Counted from the first letter of the stretch, positions 12,560 to 26,443 are shown. The stretch is DNA of 64,000 bases from Trichoplax sp. H2 (GCA_003344405.1 NOWV01000176.1:62001-126000), one strand, 5' to 3'. The notes: a model not told the origin generated them from the letters alone. Program-made: numbers and translations.

Positions 12560-14744
12560 ATGAGTTGGGAAGGATTGATCACTAAAATAGTAGCTTCTGG
12601 CAAGGTAGCCCAAGCTGCCATCTACGGAAGAGATGGATGCATTTGGGCTTTAAGTCCCGGCTTTCAGGTAATGTATAAATGACTAGTCTTAATTTTTGAT
12701 TTTAGCTCTCATATAGAAAATCATTCTTTTTATGCCTTTCATTGATCTTTTAATTATTGCATTCTATTCTCTGATGGTTTGCTCTTGCAATAAGTAAATA
12801 GCACCCCCAAATTTAGCGCAAGCTAAATCTACTGCAAAAATGATTAGATTTAAAAATAGACAAAGCAGTTTCCTGATCCCCTTGCTAGCAATAAACACTG
12901 TAATAATTATATCGATTTTCTGATACATAATAGAATGGCGTTTAATCTTTAGAGTATTCAAGGTAAGACTTGAAAATTTCGTTTATAAATTCTACCCCCT
13001 GAGCAGAAAATAGGTTCCTTTCTGTATTATGCCATCAAATACCTGTTGCATCCTATACTCCGATGCATGCTTTTGCAGCTAATGCTATCACTCCAAGTAG
13101 TCAAGGTGAAAATAGATCTAAAAGAGGGCTAAATTAAAAAATCAGTAAGTTTTCTTACTTGCTTACCGGCCGTAGCGTGTTAATTAAGATTGTACTATTA
13201 CTAACATACTGTATTCTTAAATACAGGCATTTAAGTTCTTAAATAGAGATATTTTCACAATCTGTACTATACTGTATGCAAACGTATAGAAGTTTATCGT
13301 GCTTAGCTATGAATTTATAACACCCACAATCTTCGCTATATCATAGACTGTTATGATTTGGAACTTATCGAATTCCACAAACTTATTCTCTGTGAGTGTT
13401 CTGTTCTAAAGCTAACAAAATTACCGATTTCTGCCTCAGATTTTGTTTAATTGCAATAGTCGCAGCATTGGTATTTCTCACATTACTTTACAATAGCTTA
13501 GTAAGCACATACTCCTCCACAGTAACTACCACATTTGAACTCGAATGATAATAATCCACTATAAAGTATCCATTTTTTGTACTAAAACTTTGGTATAATT
13601 CTTTGAATGGCAACCAAATCCACTATTGCCTACTTATCGGCTCCCTCCACCTCTATTACACTACCGCTGAATACTACAAGGATAGTATAACATTATGTAT
13701 CATGATACCTGATACCAAATAAACTTGTGTTCATATTCTATGGTCTAATGGACTAAATATCTGATATAATCAAGGTAAAACTTGAAAGTTTTGCTATACC
13801 GTCATGGTCTTGTCTTGTTTGAAAATTTGATGCGATATTTCTTACTCAACATTTTTTTGAACACAACAGCTCGCCGTATTTCCGTACGAGAATTGCAATA
13901 CGAATTACTTTACATAGATATCAAATATCGTTATATTTTTTGTCTATCGTTTGATCAGACACTCAAATCGATACAAGTAATGATAGAAGTTACGCTAAAA
14001 CTTGTAGCTCAATCTAAAGTTCTATGTTATGAGTTATATTGCACTCGTTATAAAAAATTTCAAATTCAGAATCTTACGCTTAATGAAGCGAAAATTTGAA
14101 CTTAAAGTTATACGACATCCATATAATACGGAATGTTAAGGTTGAAATTATCCATTTATTCAGTAAAATGAGTTATATCAATATCTATTGTGGTTAATGA
14201 AATAATTGATACCTGTAATTGCTATCGTACTCTTATGAGTAATAAAGTTACTAATTGGCACTTATCGATGATGTCAAGAGAGCATATTCAACCTTAAATA
14301 CAATTTCGTATAGGCGATCCTAAATGACTAATTGAAATAAAGAGAAGAATCCTACTATAGCCAAGTTGCAATTGCAATTTTATTCGATATTTCAATCCTT
14401 GTTTCTTATTTTGCTTTTACGAATAATAAATTCTAATCGAATCGTTTCCATTTATTGCACTTTAGCTTTCTGGTGACGAAGTAAAAGTGATACTTGACTA
14501 CAAGAAAAATATCAGTTCTTTAAAAACCGATGGATTTACTGTTAATGGTGTCAAATACACATTATTAACTGTGGTTCAGGATCAGTGTATGCTTATTGGT
14601 ACTGCACAGCAAGGTGGTGGAGTTTATATCTCTTTTACAAAACAAGCGTTTGTTTTGGGTACTTACACCCATAGTATGCAGCCTGGACCGTGTGAGACTG
14701 TCATTAGTGAAGCAGCCGAAGAGTTGATTAAACTGGGTTATTAA
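12560..14744 (+). CDS. Profilin (paralog 2, divergent), 2 exons: 12560-12667 and 14466-14744, 128 aa
   Basis: Exon 1 MSWEGLITKIVASGKVAQAAIYGRDGCIWALSPGFQ has the same GGCTTTCAG|GTAATG donor as paralog 1. Exon 2 reads LSGDEVKVILDYKK...GFTVNGVKY...GTYTHSMQPGPC...LIKLGY*. The ORF is intact and the intron position is identical. Confidence 0.92.
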
Positions 14745-17700
14745 TTTTAATACCAGGATCTCTTTTAGGAGCTGCTTTCACTCGCTTCCATTATTATTAA
14801 TCTGATAATTATTACACCATAAATATACTAATGCATAGAGTGCCTTCTCTGGTAACATATTGAGCTTAAGTAACATCGATTAATCGTTATTGTAATCCAA
14901 TTTTGACGTTTTATCAGATGAACTTACTCATTCAGAGTAGAATAGCGATTACAAAAGGCATTCTTTCATTAAAAAGTAGAAGTTTAATATAGAAATCATT
15001 TCAGCCAAATAAACAATTTAATTATTTCGTTTATCGTATGGATTTGATTTAAGTTAGTTTGGTTATACTTCCTGTGATGTGTCATTTTTTTTCTACTCTT
15101 ACCATAGAAATTATAATTTTTTCCTTGCTAAATTCAGTTATTTAGACGAGTTGATGCATACTGTCTGCTAATCCTTGCTAATTGTACTGGTACTTAGATC
15201 ATTACATAATTGTTAGCCTTTCATTGAAATGGCTATAAGCGTTTTGGACTGTCTTAATAGCTTTAATAATCGTAATTAATTGTTATGTATTATTCGCCAA
15301 AATAACGCAACGGATTTGCATTATTTATGATATGCAGTAGCTAATTTGTTTAGGATCCATATCAGACATTTTCTGAAAAGTGTAGCACTGTATTCAGTGT
15401 TTCACTATCAGTGTCGACAATCTTTTCTATGTTCGCGTTAAACAGAGTCGCTTCTTAAAGCTGAACATCTTTTATTCTTAAACCCTGCTCGAGAAAATAA
15501 AACGCAGCTCCTTTTATAGTATTTTTTTCAACAGTGGCAATCTTAACGTGTTGTGCAACATACATTCAATTCACTTAAATTTTATATATTGTGCTATGCT
15601 AATAATATTCTTCTTATCATACATAATGGCATCAACAATTATTCGGAGATAATAAGCAGCAGTCCTACATTACGGTGTAATACTAAAATACATACTTCGA
15701 AAAGTAATGTACTTTAATCATCATGATTAAGTTAAGTTAATGGCTAAAGCATGAAATTTGATACATTGCTTTTCTGCATATAATCATAAGTAATTTTGCA
15801 GTAAGTAGTTGATAAATAAATACTTTAGATAAATTCTATTGTAATATACGATCAAATTTCAGGACCGTTAAGCATACTCCATATTATATAGTACCCTGTT
15901 ATGTCTTAGACTAGTTTAACGTAAGTCATTCAAGACAGATGTAGTATACAGTCCTGCTAGTTCTTTATGCAATAAACCACTGATACTGCAGTAAATGAAA
16001 GAGTTGTCTTTATTGTATTACTTAATATTAATTTTTAGCTAATAATTTTTCATCTCCTTTATCATGTGTAAATTTTTTACGATATGAGATAAGCTGTTGA
16101 GTAAAAACAAACCAGAAATGGTAGTTTATTCGTAATCATAATGATAAACTGCCCGAAAGTGCTGCATTTATCTGCTGAAGAAGTCGTTTTCATGACTACG
16201 AGTGTTTCGATCTCGAGCAAAAGCAATGTGTGCCTAGCAGTAACTATAAAATAAAATTATTAGCATTGAAAATCGGAATTATATCCATTCGCTTACAATC
16301 GATGTAAGCAATGCACTCTTGCATGCCTACTTTTGAATCTGGAGCTCTCAGGCGTGTATAGTTCTTATTTATAATTATCTAAACGCACAGTCTTATCGCC
16401 AATTGTATCGCTACCATCAATCTAAAGTTGATGCAATACTATGCTGTGTACAGGGTACAAAATACAGACAACACTATAATCTCGATTTGCCTAATCAACA
16501 GGATGAGAGCGGGCAGTATTGCTTAAAAATTAGGGGAAATTAATGCTAACATTAATTTTCTCTAAAAATGAAATACTCAGTATTCTTGTGATCAAACATG
16601 ATTGAAATAATTCGGATAAAATTATTTATCAAATTTGTAATGCAAACGCCGATGTTGGAAAAATTAATTCATCTTGCTATATTAAGAAAACTTAATATAA
16701 ACAAATACCTATGAATGCAATCCTATATCTATCCTTTCCATTACAAGTGTTATGATTTAATCGCCTTAGTGTATTATATTTAGAACCGAGAATAGCACGT
16801 AGTATTATATTCTATCTAGCAAATTTTGAATATCTGTAAAGCCTCAATCTTGATTAATATTACGAATTTAGATTTAACCAAAACCAAGAAATAAATAATG
16901 TCTACAGGTGTAGAGAGCTGATGGTAGATATTTCTTTTTCGTTCCATCATTATATATTAATTTTCTCGATAATGGTCAGATTACGTTAAATTGAAAGAAA
17001 GCAATACGTCCAGTTTATTATACACAAAGTATTAATTAATTAGCAGTGACTTTTCCATTGCCAACTACAATTGACTTAATTTATATTAGAGTTTAGGTTT
17101 ATGTTAGAACAGTTCGTTAATGGCCCTAACATGCGTATAGTTCATTTCGTTATTTTTAAAAGTAATCAATTCAATTTTGATATTAGTGACCTCATCCAAT
17201 TTAACTAACTACTTCTTGTAAGCTACATTAAGCTACATTACTTGTAGCTTACTAAAATTAGAGTATCGTAAGATCTGCTGTGTTATCATATTTATATTGC
17301 GTTATAAAATGTTAGACTGCACGTTAACTGCAAAATTTGAATTGTTTATTGCTCATCGATATATGAGTAAATTCGTACATAATTAGTCAAAAACTGATTC
17401 ATATTCATATCTCTATCCAGTTTATTGCTATATACCTTTAAACAACGCTTGTTAATGAAAATAACAAAAATTGTAGATCATTTCCTCAAAGCTGAAGAAT
17501 TTAAAGCCTGCAATCAAAATTACAACTAGAATGAGAGCTAAATTACAGTAAAGGTAAAGATTTTATTTCATAAAAATTATTTCTCCGATAGTAAATTAAA
17601 TAATAAATGAACGACTGTCACGATTAATTATATAAGACTTTTTCTCTTATACTGTAAGCTTATGTATCATTTATATCGTAGCTTTTATCTATCGTTGCAT

Positions 17701-17859
17701 GTTAATAAATTTACTTACTGGTAATAATATTACTAAATCATATTTTATAGCTAAATATTATATAATATTGTACTGTATTATTGATGAAAGTATAATGCAA
17801 TCAAGGAAAAGAATTATGTTCTTAGATAAAAAAAGCGTCGAGCCATTCAAGATTCATTT

Positions 17860-20800
17860 TCAGTTATCCAGTATTTTAAAGAAATATTCAACCTGCGGTC
17901 ATAACAAGGAAGTACACATGAACATTAAAAGACATCCCTTCTGTTCTATTAATCTTCAACGTTGGTCTTCATTAATATCTATCATGTTACAATAGCACAT
18001 ACAATCATAAAGCATGATACTTACCTCCAGTAGGCCGTCATCCGGTAAATCACTGCAATGAACAGCGTTACGAATTTTATCTTTACCAAAACGAGCGCGC
18101 AGAGAATTGGGTCGAAGTTGGCGAGCAATTTCCTTTCAATATAGAATAGTAGCAATTAACATTTAGTTTTACTTTTAGCTATCAACATTTATGAACTACC
18201 GATTGCCAATAAACTTAGTTATTAATACCGGATCTGCGGGTCCACAAAATTCGCGAAAATTTTGTGGCGCGTTATTTCCTCGAATTTCAATGGCTATACA
18301 CGGACCGGATGAAAATTCGGATACCATTTCCTATAGTATAATTAATCACAATCAGCTATATTCTAAAAACATCATATGCAAGATTGCAACGGGATCAGCA
18401 AAATTACCGTATATTCAGCAACCACACCCTTGTATATTTGAAGAAGTTCCTCTGCATTAGCTCGTTCTAACGTGCACTGTTTCAAATAAATATTATAATA
18501 AATTATTTTTATGCTATTCCAGTAAAGTTATTACGGATACTTGTAATGTAAGCACATCCTACATATTAGGTCTTACCATATACAGGCTAGAAATTTCAAA
18601 GCCTTGATCCGATATTGATCGAAGGATCTTGCCAGTTAACTCTAAGAGATTTGAATTGATATAACAATAACGATTGCCTTAAAGCTAGTACTTAGTTTAA
18701 GTACTGTAATTCAGTACATTGTGAGCCGTTAAAATAAAGCAGTAGATACTCCGCAAAAGGTAAAAGATCATAGACGTACTTTCAGCAACAGCGCGGGGTT
18801 TAACAATCGCTAAAGTGCACTCAGTAAATTTCGCAGTGTTCCTACGTCTACCCCCATTTGTTGGAAATATAAATTCAATCTCCTGTGATTCCGTAAATAT
18901 ATAGTTCAACAATTTAATATCAATCACTCTTTACGGACATTAGGCTACAATAGAATTGGCAACCATCATAAATTATATAGAATACAACTACTAGAATGCA
19001 GTTTTAGCATCAACTAACCCTAGCAGCTGAGTCTGTTGAATCGGAACCATGACAAGCATTCTGAGTTCCATCTGTAGGCCAATCAGATTAACCTTGTATT
19101 AGTACTAGATTTCAATATTGGAAGACTTTTTTATACATGTCTATCCTATAACTATTCATTGCTATGGAATAATCTTAATTTATTGCAAGTTAAATAGCGC
19201 TATTATAAAATGATGTATATCAAGTAATCGGATACAATCTATCCAATGCTACAGTATACTGCAATATTATGTTATTAACAGTAATACATATGTGTACTAG
19301 TGTACGTATATTACCGGTGCCGTATCTGGCTCGAATACTGTTGGGTGCTTCTTGTCGTGCCTTTGAACTATTCGTTGGTCCTACGAAACCAACCATTGAA
19401 AGATCGATTAAATTATGAATGTTTAACACTATCAATACTTCTGATATACAATACAAACCTAGCAATTCCCTCCATCTCTTAATGGCGTTGGATCGCATTA
19501 ATTCCATTCCTAAAACTGGACCGCTTGTCATAAAATCTAAAAGAGTACTATTACAGATAAATGAAATTTTAAAATATCACTACTAATCTATGTTAGTCTA
19601 ACATATAAGTTATCCAATTATATAAATAACATAGTTATAATTCACTTGTAACGTCATAACTTACTTGAAGAAGTGTTTTCCTTCGTGTTCGGAGTAAAAC
19701 TCTGCTGCTTCTTTCCTATATTAAAAAATTTATCTTTTGTTGATTGTAAGGTAAAAATATTGTTTTATGACAATTATACTTAATAGTTAAAATTAATCAA
19801 ACCTGGATAGCTGAATTGATTTTAAGTTACAAATTTTAAATCCATCAGCTACAATAATGTCGACAATTTCTCCTATGAATAAAGCCCAAATGGCAGGTTA
19901 AAAAACATTATACCTCTTTTACTATTGTATAGACCCATATACTAATAATTGTAATATACCTAATTTGGAGAATGCATCAGGCTTGATCATCGCATATGTT
20001 CTAATCATTCAAAATATAAAATGAAATAGATTTATTGAAAATTACTATGCAGCTTCCAACAAATAAGCATGATCGAAATAATTACAAAGGCCTAAAGCCA
20101 AAATTAACACTCGATTACAGTACTAACATTAAAATTTGTCCTATACAAGCTACTACGTTAGATTTGCTATCATTCTAATATATATTACCACAAAGTGCCA
20201 TCATGGAGAAATTTAAACAATGATATTGATAAAATAAGCTACATGGGTATCGTAGGAGATTCAGTCGTTTATTATAAATTATCTCGACTGAATGCATACT
20301 CAATCAAAGTTGTCGTTTCGTATAGGTGCTATTATGTATAGCTTTCTATAGAGTCATCTCAACAAACTCTTGAAATCTTACCCCCCCCCCCAATTAATTA
20401 CTCGATCTAATATCAGCTCGTAATAATCGATACTAAATAATAGCACGCTTGCCAAATATCATAAATTTCGTTACCTTTCTTTAGTTGGACCAAGTTGACT
20501 CGCTGTAAAGGAATCGCCATAATCTACTATTTTTAACTGAAGAAAAGATACAACAAATTAGGATACTGTCATAGAATTAGCTTGATACGTATACAAAATC
20601 TGATCTAGATTTACACAATAGCAAGAATGTTATTTTATTGTAACTGATTTTTCCATTGCTTACATACCTCTCTTGAGTATATGTTTATTAAAGCGCCGAG
20701 ATGTAAGTCTTCTAGCGATAGGCTATCAACTTTAGACCGCTTAAGAAATGTTCTTTTGTTTTTAATATCGTACTATAAATAAAATTATTACAGCATTATT

Positions 20801-21849
20801 TCCTAGCATTTTGTTTTGTGCATTTACGGTATTAGTTGCATATGGCAAACTTGATTCTCCGATGTTGCTTACCATCTCAGCGGTTGAATCTTTAGGGAAA
20901 AAAATGAGATAATATTCGCGAATCAAAGCGGCGTTAGGATCGTACCAATCGCCACGAAAGCAATATCTGACTTCAGTTTCAGCCTGCATGATTATTAGAG
21001 AGTAGTAATAGACCATTATGTTGATGTTGCATTGCACTCCCGTTGAACATGTCAACGCATTATACTAAGGAATCCGGAAAGAAAGAGATTACATAGTATG
21101 CTATTACGTAGCTGTAATTAAGCTATAACTTGTCTATTAATATTGTCAATAACGTTATGCATTGAGATTCCTTTCCCTTCACGATTCTATAGCTTGAATA
21201 CAACAAGGTAGTTGAAGTTAAGCGGATAATCCAGTAGAACCGATACTATACAATATGTCATTACAGTCTTGTAAAACAGGTATACAACTGACATTTTGGC
21301 TATCGATTGGTAAACAATTCGTATCTGAGGGTTCATTAGCCATAAAATAGTCCACATTTGGTGCTACTGGTAGCTATTTGTATAGTAAAAGTTGTAGTAT
21401 GGATGTTGTATGTATTTGTAATACACATTAGCAATGGAACAGTGATTCAACATGAAGTTTGCAATCTATTGAAGTTGATGGGAGAAATCAATTTCTTTCA
21501 ATGACTAGTGTACGCCGAAGATACTTTCCTCGATAAATCTATATGGCCATCAGTATACCTAGTAAGTACATTACATGCTGTAGACTAACGTAAGCAAGAG
21601 AATAAAGAGAACTGTGATGTGGATTGATTGGTTTACGCATCGACTAAGCTACCAATTTTGAATGAAACATCTATCCTGTCATCCTGATGGTGCGAAGTAT
21701 CAACATGTTGTTCACGTTGTAGCAATCATGTTTTACACCAATATTGTATACAGTTAGAGCGTCCAATAGTTAGGGCACACAATACGACAGAGATATGGGT
21801 CTAATTGAACAGGCAGGTTGCCCCATTCTTGATGAAAGCTACTTACCAT
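17860..21849 (-). CDS. NME7: Nucleoside diphosphate kinase 7 (DM10 + two NDK domains), ~16 coding exons
   Basis: Exons (minus strand): 21849-21847 (ATG only, inferred), 20983-20873 (WYDPNAALIREY), 20772-20668 (RTFLKR), 20536-20475 (DYGDSFT), 20000-19960 (IKPDA), 19872-19803, 19715-19665, 19547-19459 (MTSGPV), 19380-19315 (SIRARYGT), 19071-19019 (NACHGSDS), 18882-18780 (NTAKFTECT..IVKP), 18641-18577, 18476-18408, 18330-18229 (FREFCGPADP), 18132-18025 (NAVHCSD), 17892-17860 (VEYFFKILDN*). Phases are consistent and the sequence matches my recall of vertebrate NME7. Confidence 0.95.
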
Positions 21850-21934
21850 TTTAACTTTTACTGCAGTTGACAATTGAAAAAGATCAAGGTAATTTCCCAC
21901 TGTTGAAAACAGCCAACTTTTGTTAGTGACAACC

Positions 21935-21948
21935 AAATCCATAGTAAC
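21935..21948. promoter_or_regulatory. Candidate RFX X-box upstream of NME7
   Basis: AAATCCATAGTAAC contains a good CCATRGYAAC half-site about 85 bp upstream of the inferred NME7 start codon. NME7 is a ciliary/centrosomal gene. Confidence 0.4.
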
Positions 21949-22029
21949 GTCTACTATATATTGAGTTGCGCAGTCTACAGTGCAATACACCATCGTCTCA
22001 ATCGTGCACAATCCCAGTTTCACTCTGGC

Positions 22030-24960
22030 TATAGCCTGTGGCCTACAGTATATAGTACTGTACGTCAGACGGTCAGAGTACTGAGTCTACAGTATGGTCT
22101 ACAGTACTTACAGTATGAGCTGACTAGCACATCCACCGTCAAGTACTGTACAGTACAGTACTGCAGCAGTAAAATGCGTCAAATTCCATGTTTACAGTAT
22201 CGACGTTACCATGACGACAGCCGATACAAGACAGCACACCGTGTACAGTACTACCAAGCTTCATACTGTACACTGTACAGTATGAAGCGCGATGAACTTG
22301 GTTGGCACTAAGGAAAATAAACGGTGTACAGTAGGCCAAATCAAGCCTAAAGTAGATCAAATCTTATATCGACATCCTCTTGTCTGTCCCTAGCGATTTT
22401 CAACAGGAGTAGTAACAACTTGTCACTTTCAATTTTCGACGCCATCTTGCCATCGAAGTGAATACTGCCGCACAGTACTGTAGTATCCAGTACTGTACAG
22501 TACTGTACTGTACACTATGGCCTAGATTTCTACAGTGTACAGTGTACAGTGTACAGTATTAAGACTATCCATTTTAAGATTGTCACAGATGCCCATTGTA
22601 CAGTACTGTTTCCATATGGACTCTCCATATGGACCCTGTGCCGTAGCGGACTGACTGTTTCATACTGTACCTACACTCGTACAGTACGTACTGTACTGCA
22701 TGGTGTGTGGAGCATGGATTTACTACACTGTTGACCAAGTATCCAGTACTGAACTGCATACCATACTGCACTAATCCAATCTAACCGCTCATTTGCATAT
22801 CCATCGCCAACAGCATAACAACCGTTGGCAGTCCCGTTTCTTTCTTCTGTTAGTCGTCCCAGGTAAATGGCACTATCATACAGGACAGTAGGAGTACGTC
22901 GAGTTGATACAGTTGATAGGTCGGTTGCTCGGTCTTTCTTCCATCTGCTTTGCACTTCCACCCTCATGTCATCATTCCTTGCCTATTGAGTATACTGCAG
23001 GAGCGTAGACTGTCGTGTACAGTATGTCGCCAACATAACTTTCATTGCTGTAACGACTTCAAAATACTCTACTTACTGTACAGTTAGTATCGATTTTCAT
23101 AGTGAGTCATATGCCGTCGTAACCTACTATAGCGTACAATATGCATATCGTTCATACAGTACTTTACCTTTACTGTATAACTTTTGTAGAATTTAGTGTA
23201 CAGTATAACATGATCGGGTATAAAGCTTGGAAGAGATGATAGCGATGGTGAGGAAAGGTTGGAAGGTTTATTATGAGGAAAATGAGAGAAGATAACGGAG
23301 TCGATTATGATTTTCTAGTATTGTAACAGTTTACTGTTAATTAATTAATTATATTATTGTTTATGTTCACTAGTTTAGTACAGTCACTATACACTCTAGA
23401 TGCAGTCACAGAGGTAACAGTAAAGTCTTTTACTGTATTGTAGAGTGTAGACAGATTTATATCCATTGCACAATATTAGTACAAGACATGGCCGTTCTTC
23501 GTGACTCCTCCTTTTCCCTCTTCAAGATACAGTATAACAATATACAGTAATACAGTACAGTACAGTAAATAAAAAATAGGCGTAAAAGGTAAATAAACAG
23601 AATCACATACAGTACTGTACAGTACATCATCTTCTTCATCGTGGAAAGTCTTCATACAGTATGTACTGTACTGTATAAAAATGTACAGTACAGGGGAGTC
23701 CTGTTCATACAGTACAATGTACTGTATACTGGACTGTTCCGTACTGTATTGTACAATATTCTAACCATATTGTACTGTACAGTACAGTACAGTATACTGT
23801 AGTGTACCGTTAGACCTGACAGTACCGTACAGTATATTATTGCATATATAACTTTCCATGCGGTAAATCGAACTTTGACCCATGCATGACCTCCGGCCTG
23901 TCCTCTTGCTATTCAAAGTTAAACTTAAAAATTAACGAAGCGTCAGAGAGTTTTACTACCGTATTCAACGTTGTGCATTGCTATTCAACGTACCGTTAAA
24001 TTCGTATTCAATATGGCTTCAATTGAATTGCCATAACAAATGCTGATTAACGAATACAGTATATTATTATGAAGTACAGTACTGTATATAATATAATATA
24101 CTACTGTGTATATTAACATAAAAATATTATTATTATTTATTTATTTATTAATAACTTGGAGCGCTGTTAACGCTACAGTACAGTACAGTACTGTACAGTA
24201 TACTGCATGATACTGTACTGTACAGTACAGTGTACAGTAAGCGTGCATGGTACAAAAAGCGGGAATTCTCTACAACCAAGAATCGCCCCGCAAATGTGAT
24301 TGGCTGATTGATTTGATCTAGAAAATCGTGTGATTGGCGATAACAAATGTTTGAGACATTGCGGGCGACGCTAAAAAAATGAGATTTCATTGTTATTCAT
24401 TGTAATAAACAATGATCGCTATGTTGCTTGCATTATGATGTGTAAAGTCGATGACAATGGAGCTATTTTTATCTCCTTGATAAATAACGTACAGTACAGT
24501 ACAGTACTGTAAGCTTCTACATCAGATCGAATTGGAATTTTTTGGCCAATAACAATCTCCCGTCTGCACAGAATTTTGTTCCGTACGCTTACCAGTGAAT
24601 GGTAAGGGTTGATTTGTAAATAGTTGATTGCTGATCGAACCGTTTTGTGCGTGATAGTTATCGTTGTTGATCGTTGCATTGTAACGATTGAAAATGTAGT
24701 ATCTTAGTGCATATTGACATTAACTTCATACTGTAAATTAGGGCAAATTTGTTACTACGCTGGAGAAAAGTGTACAGTACGCTGCTTTCTTTTTAGTAGC
24801 ATACATACGGTCAAGTCGGATAGATAACACATGTGCAAGGTCGGTGAAGTCAGCCACGTGCACCTGAAAGGGTTCACTCCTTTCCTTTCTTTGCTTTTCT
24901 TTTCTTTCATGCTACAGTATGTACAGTACATTATGTACACTTGTACATCACTGTACACAC
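22030..24960. repeat. Low-complexity TACAG/CTGTA (TACAGTACTGTA) tracts in the divergent NME7/ACSL intergenic region
   Basis: Dense runs such as CAGTACTGTACAGTACTGTACTGTAC (~22490), TACAGTACAGTACAGTA (~23550, ~23780, ~24175) and CAGTACAGTACAGTACTGT (~24490). Confidence 0.8.
23869..23892 (-). promoter_or_regulatory. Candidate composite nuclear-receptor element (DR5 + DR1)
   Basis: The minus strand reads AGGTCA-TGCAT-GGGTCA-A-AGTTCG, i.e. three direct RGKTCA-like half-sites, about 2.55 kb upstream of the ACSL ATG. Confidence 0.4.
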
Positions 24961-26443
24961 AGTGCTATACTATTGTACGGTACTGTGTAAGTACAAGGTA
25001 CCAGGTCAGATCCGTATGATTCTGTGCTGCATTTTACTATGGTATGTGGTGAACAGATGCAGTCATATGTTTTTATCCTACCGTACTGTTGTTCTGTATG
25101 GAGATTTTGCACTGAATGTTCGTCCAAAAGTCCGTGGCAAAGATCTGATGACAATGTGATATTGAATAACAGTCAATGAGGATAAAATATCCAAATTGGA
25201 TGACTGTCACCATTTCTACCAAGGAATCCTCCTTTGTCTATCACTTTTTGGTGGGGCTGGAAATGCAGAATACTGTATATCATTTTTTGCAACATAATCC
25301 ATGACATACTGCGCCAGTGAACAAGATTGACAGGCCCAGCCCGATTCTGTAAAACTATGAAATTCAATTGTACTGTACCGCCAGTATATGGTATTGTATT
25401 GTAATCAGTAGTTCAAATCCAATAATAATAGCTCGATTTTCTATTTGCTATGGCAAAGTTCATTCATACTTTATACAATTGAATGGATATGTTTGAAATT
25501 TCCATCAGCATTGGCGATGAGCTACTGTACAAGTGTACATGACAGAATTCAAGATTGTACAAGAAAATCAATCCATCCAATAAAGTGTAAAAGTCTGTTG
25601 TAGTGTTGCTTACCCCATATACATTCCAGTAGTGTATAGGACGTCCACTACTGGAATACTGTACTCAATCATGTTGAGTTCAACGATAGATTGACTGCAA
25701 CATTGTTATTGTTAAACGGTACTGTCGTATTGCCCTACCGAGTACAGTACTATTGAATGAATCATTTGATTGATGGTGAATGTGACGGCGTAACGCTGCG
25801 AAGAGTCAGGCGATAAACAAAAGGAAAGGACTGGCCAGGTCGACTGATTGACAGCAAGCTGGTTGACTACAGTACTATTTACTGTACAGGAGAGGAGAAT
25901 ACTGTAGTTCACTACGCTCCACTACCGTACCGTACCGTACCATACCATACTGCGCTGAAGTTTGTACACATCACGTTAGTCATTAACACGCCTTTTTACT
26001 GTTGCTGTTTTTAGAAAAGCGAAAACAACAACATTGGAGTAAGGCAGATTGTCAACGTTTCCAAGCTGTGCGTATATGGTTGGATGGTAGCTTACTGTTG
26101 TACTACCGCGTATTGATAAAGTGAAAAACAACTCTTTTCGTCTTCTCTTGACTTATTCTACAGTAATAACAACAAGCTTTCTTGCATAGTCAACAACTTG
26201 TGCCTAACTGGAGTTGAGTGGTTATTTTCTTTTGGTGGTCTTATTTTTTATTTTACAGCAAATCAATCGCTATCGTGCTGTATTTAGGTATTCAGTAATC
26301 AAGGAAAAGCATATTTGCCCTATTTACGTTCGACGTGGCCATTGAAATAGCAAAATCACAAAAGTGTACCGTCGTTATAACTTGTCTTCTACCTTGATTG
26401 TCACACAAATCATAATCGTCCATAATCTTTCCCACCATCAGAA

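Noticed and set aside
21961-25159. Many short ORFs rich in Y/C/T/V/S
   Set aside because: They are translations of the TACAG/CTGTA low-complexity tracts.
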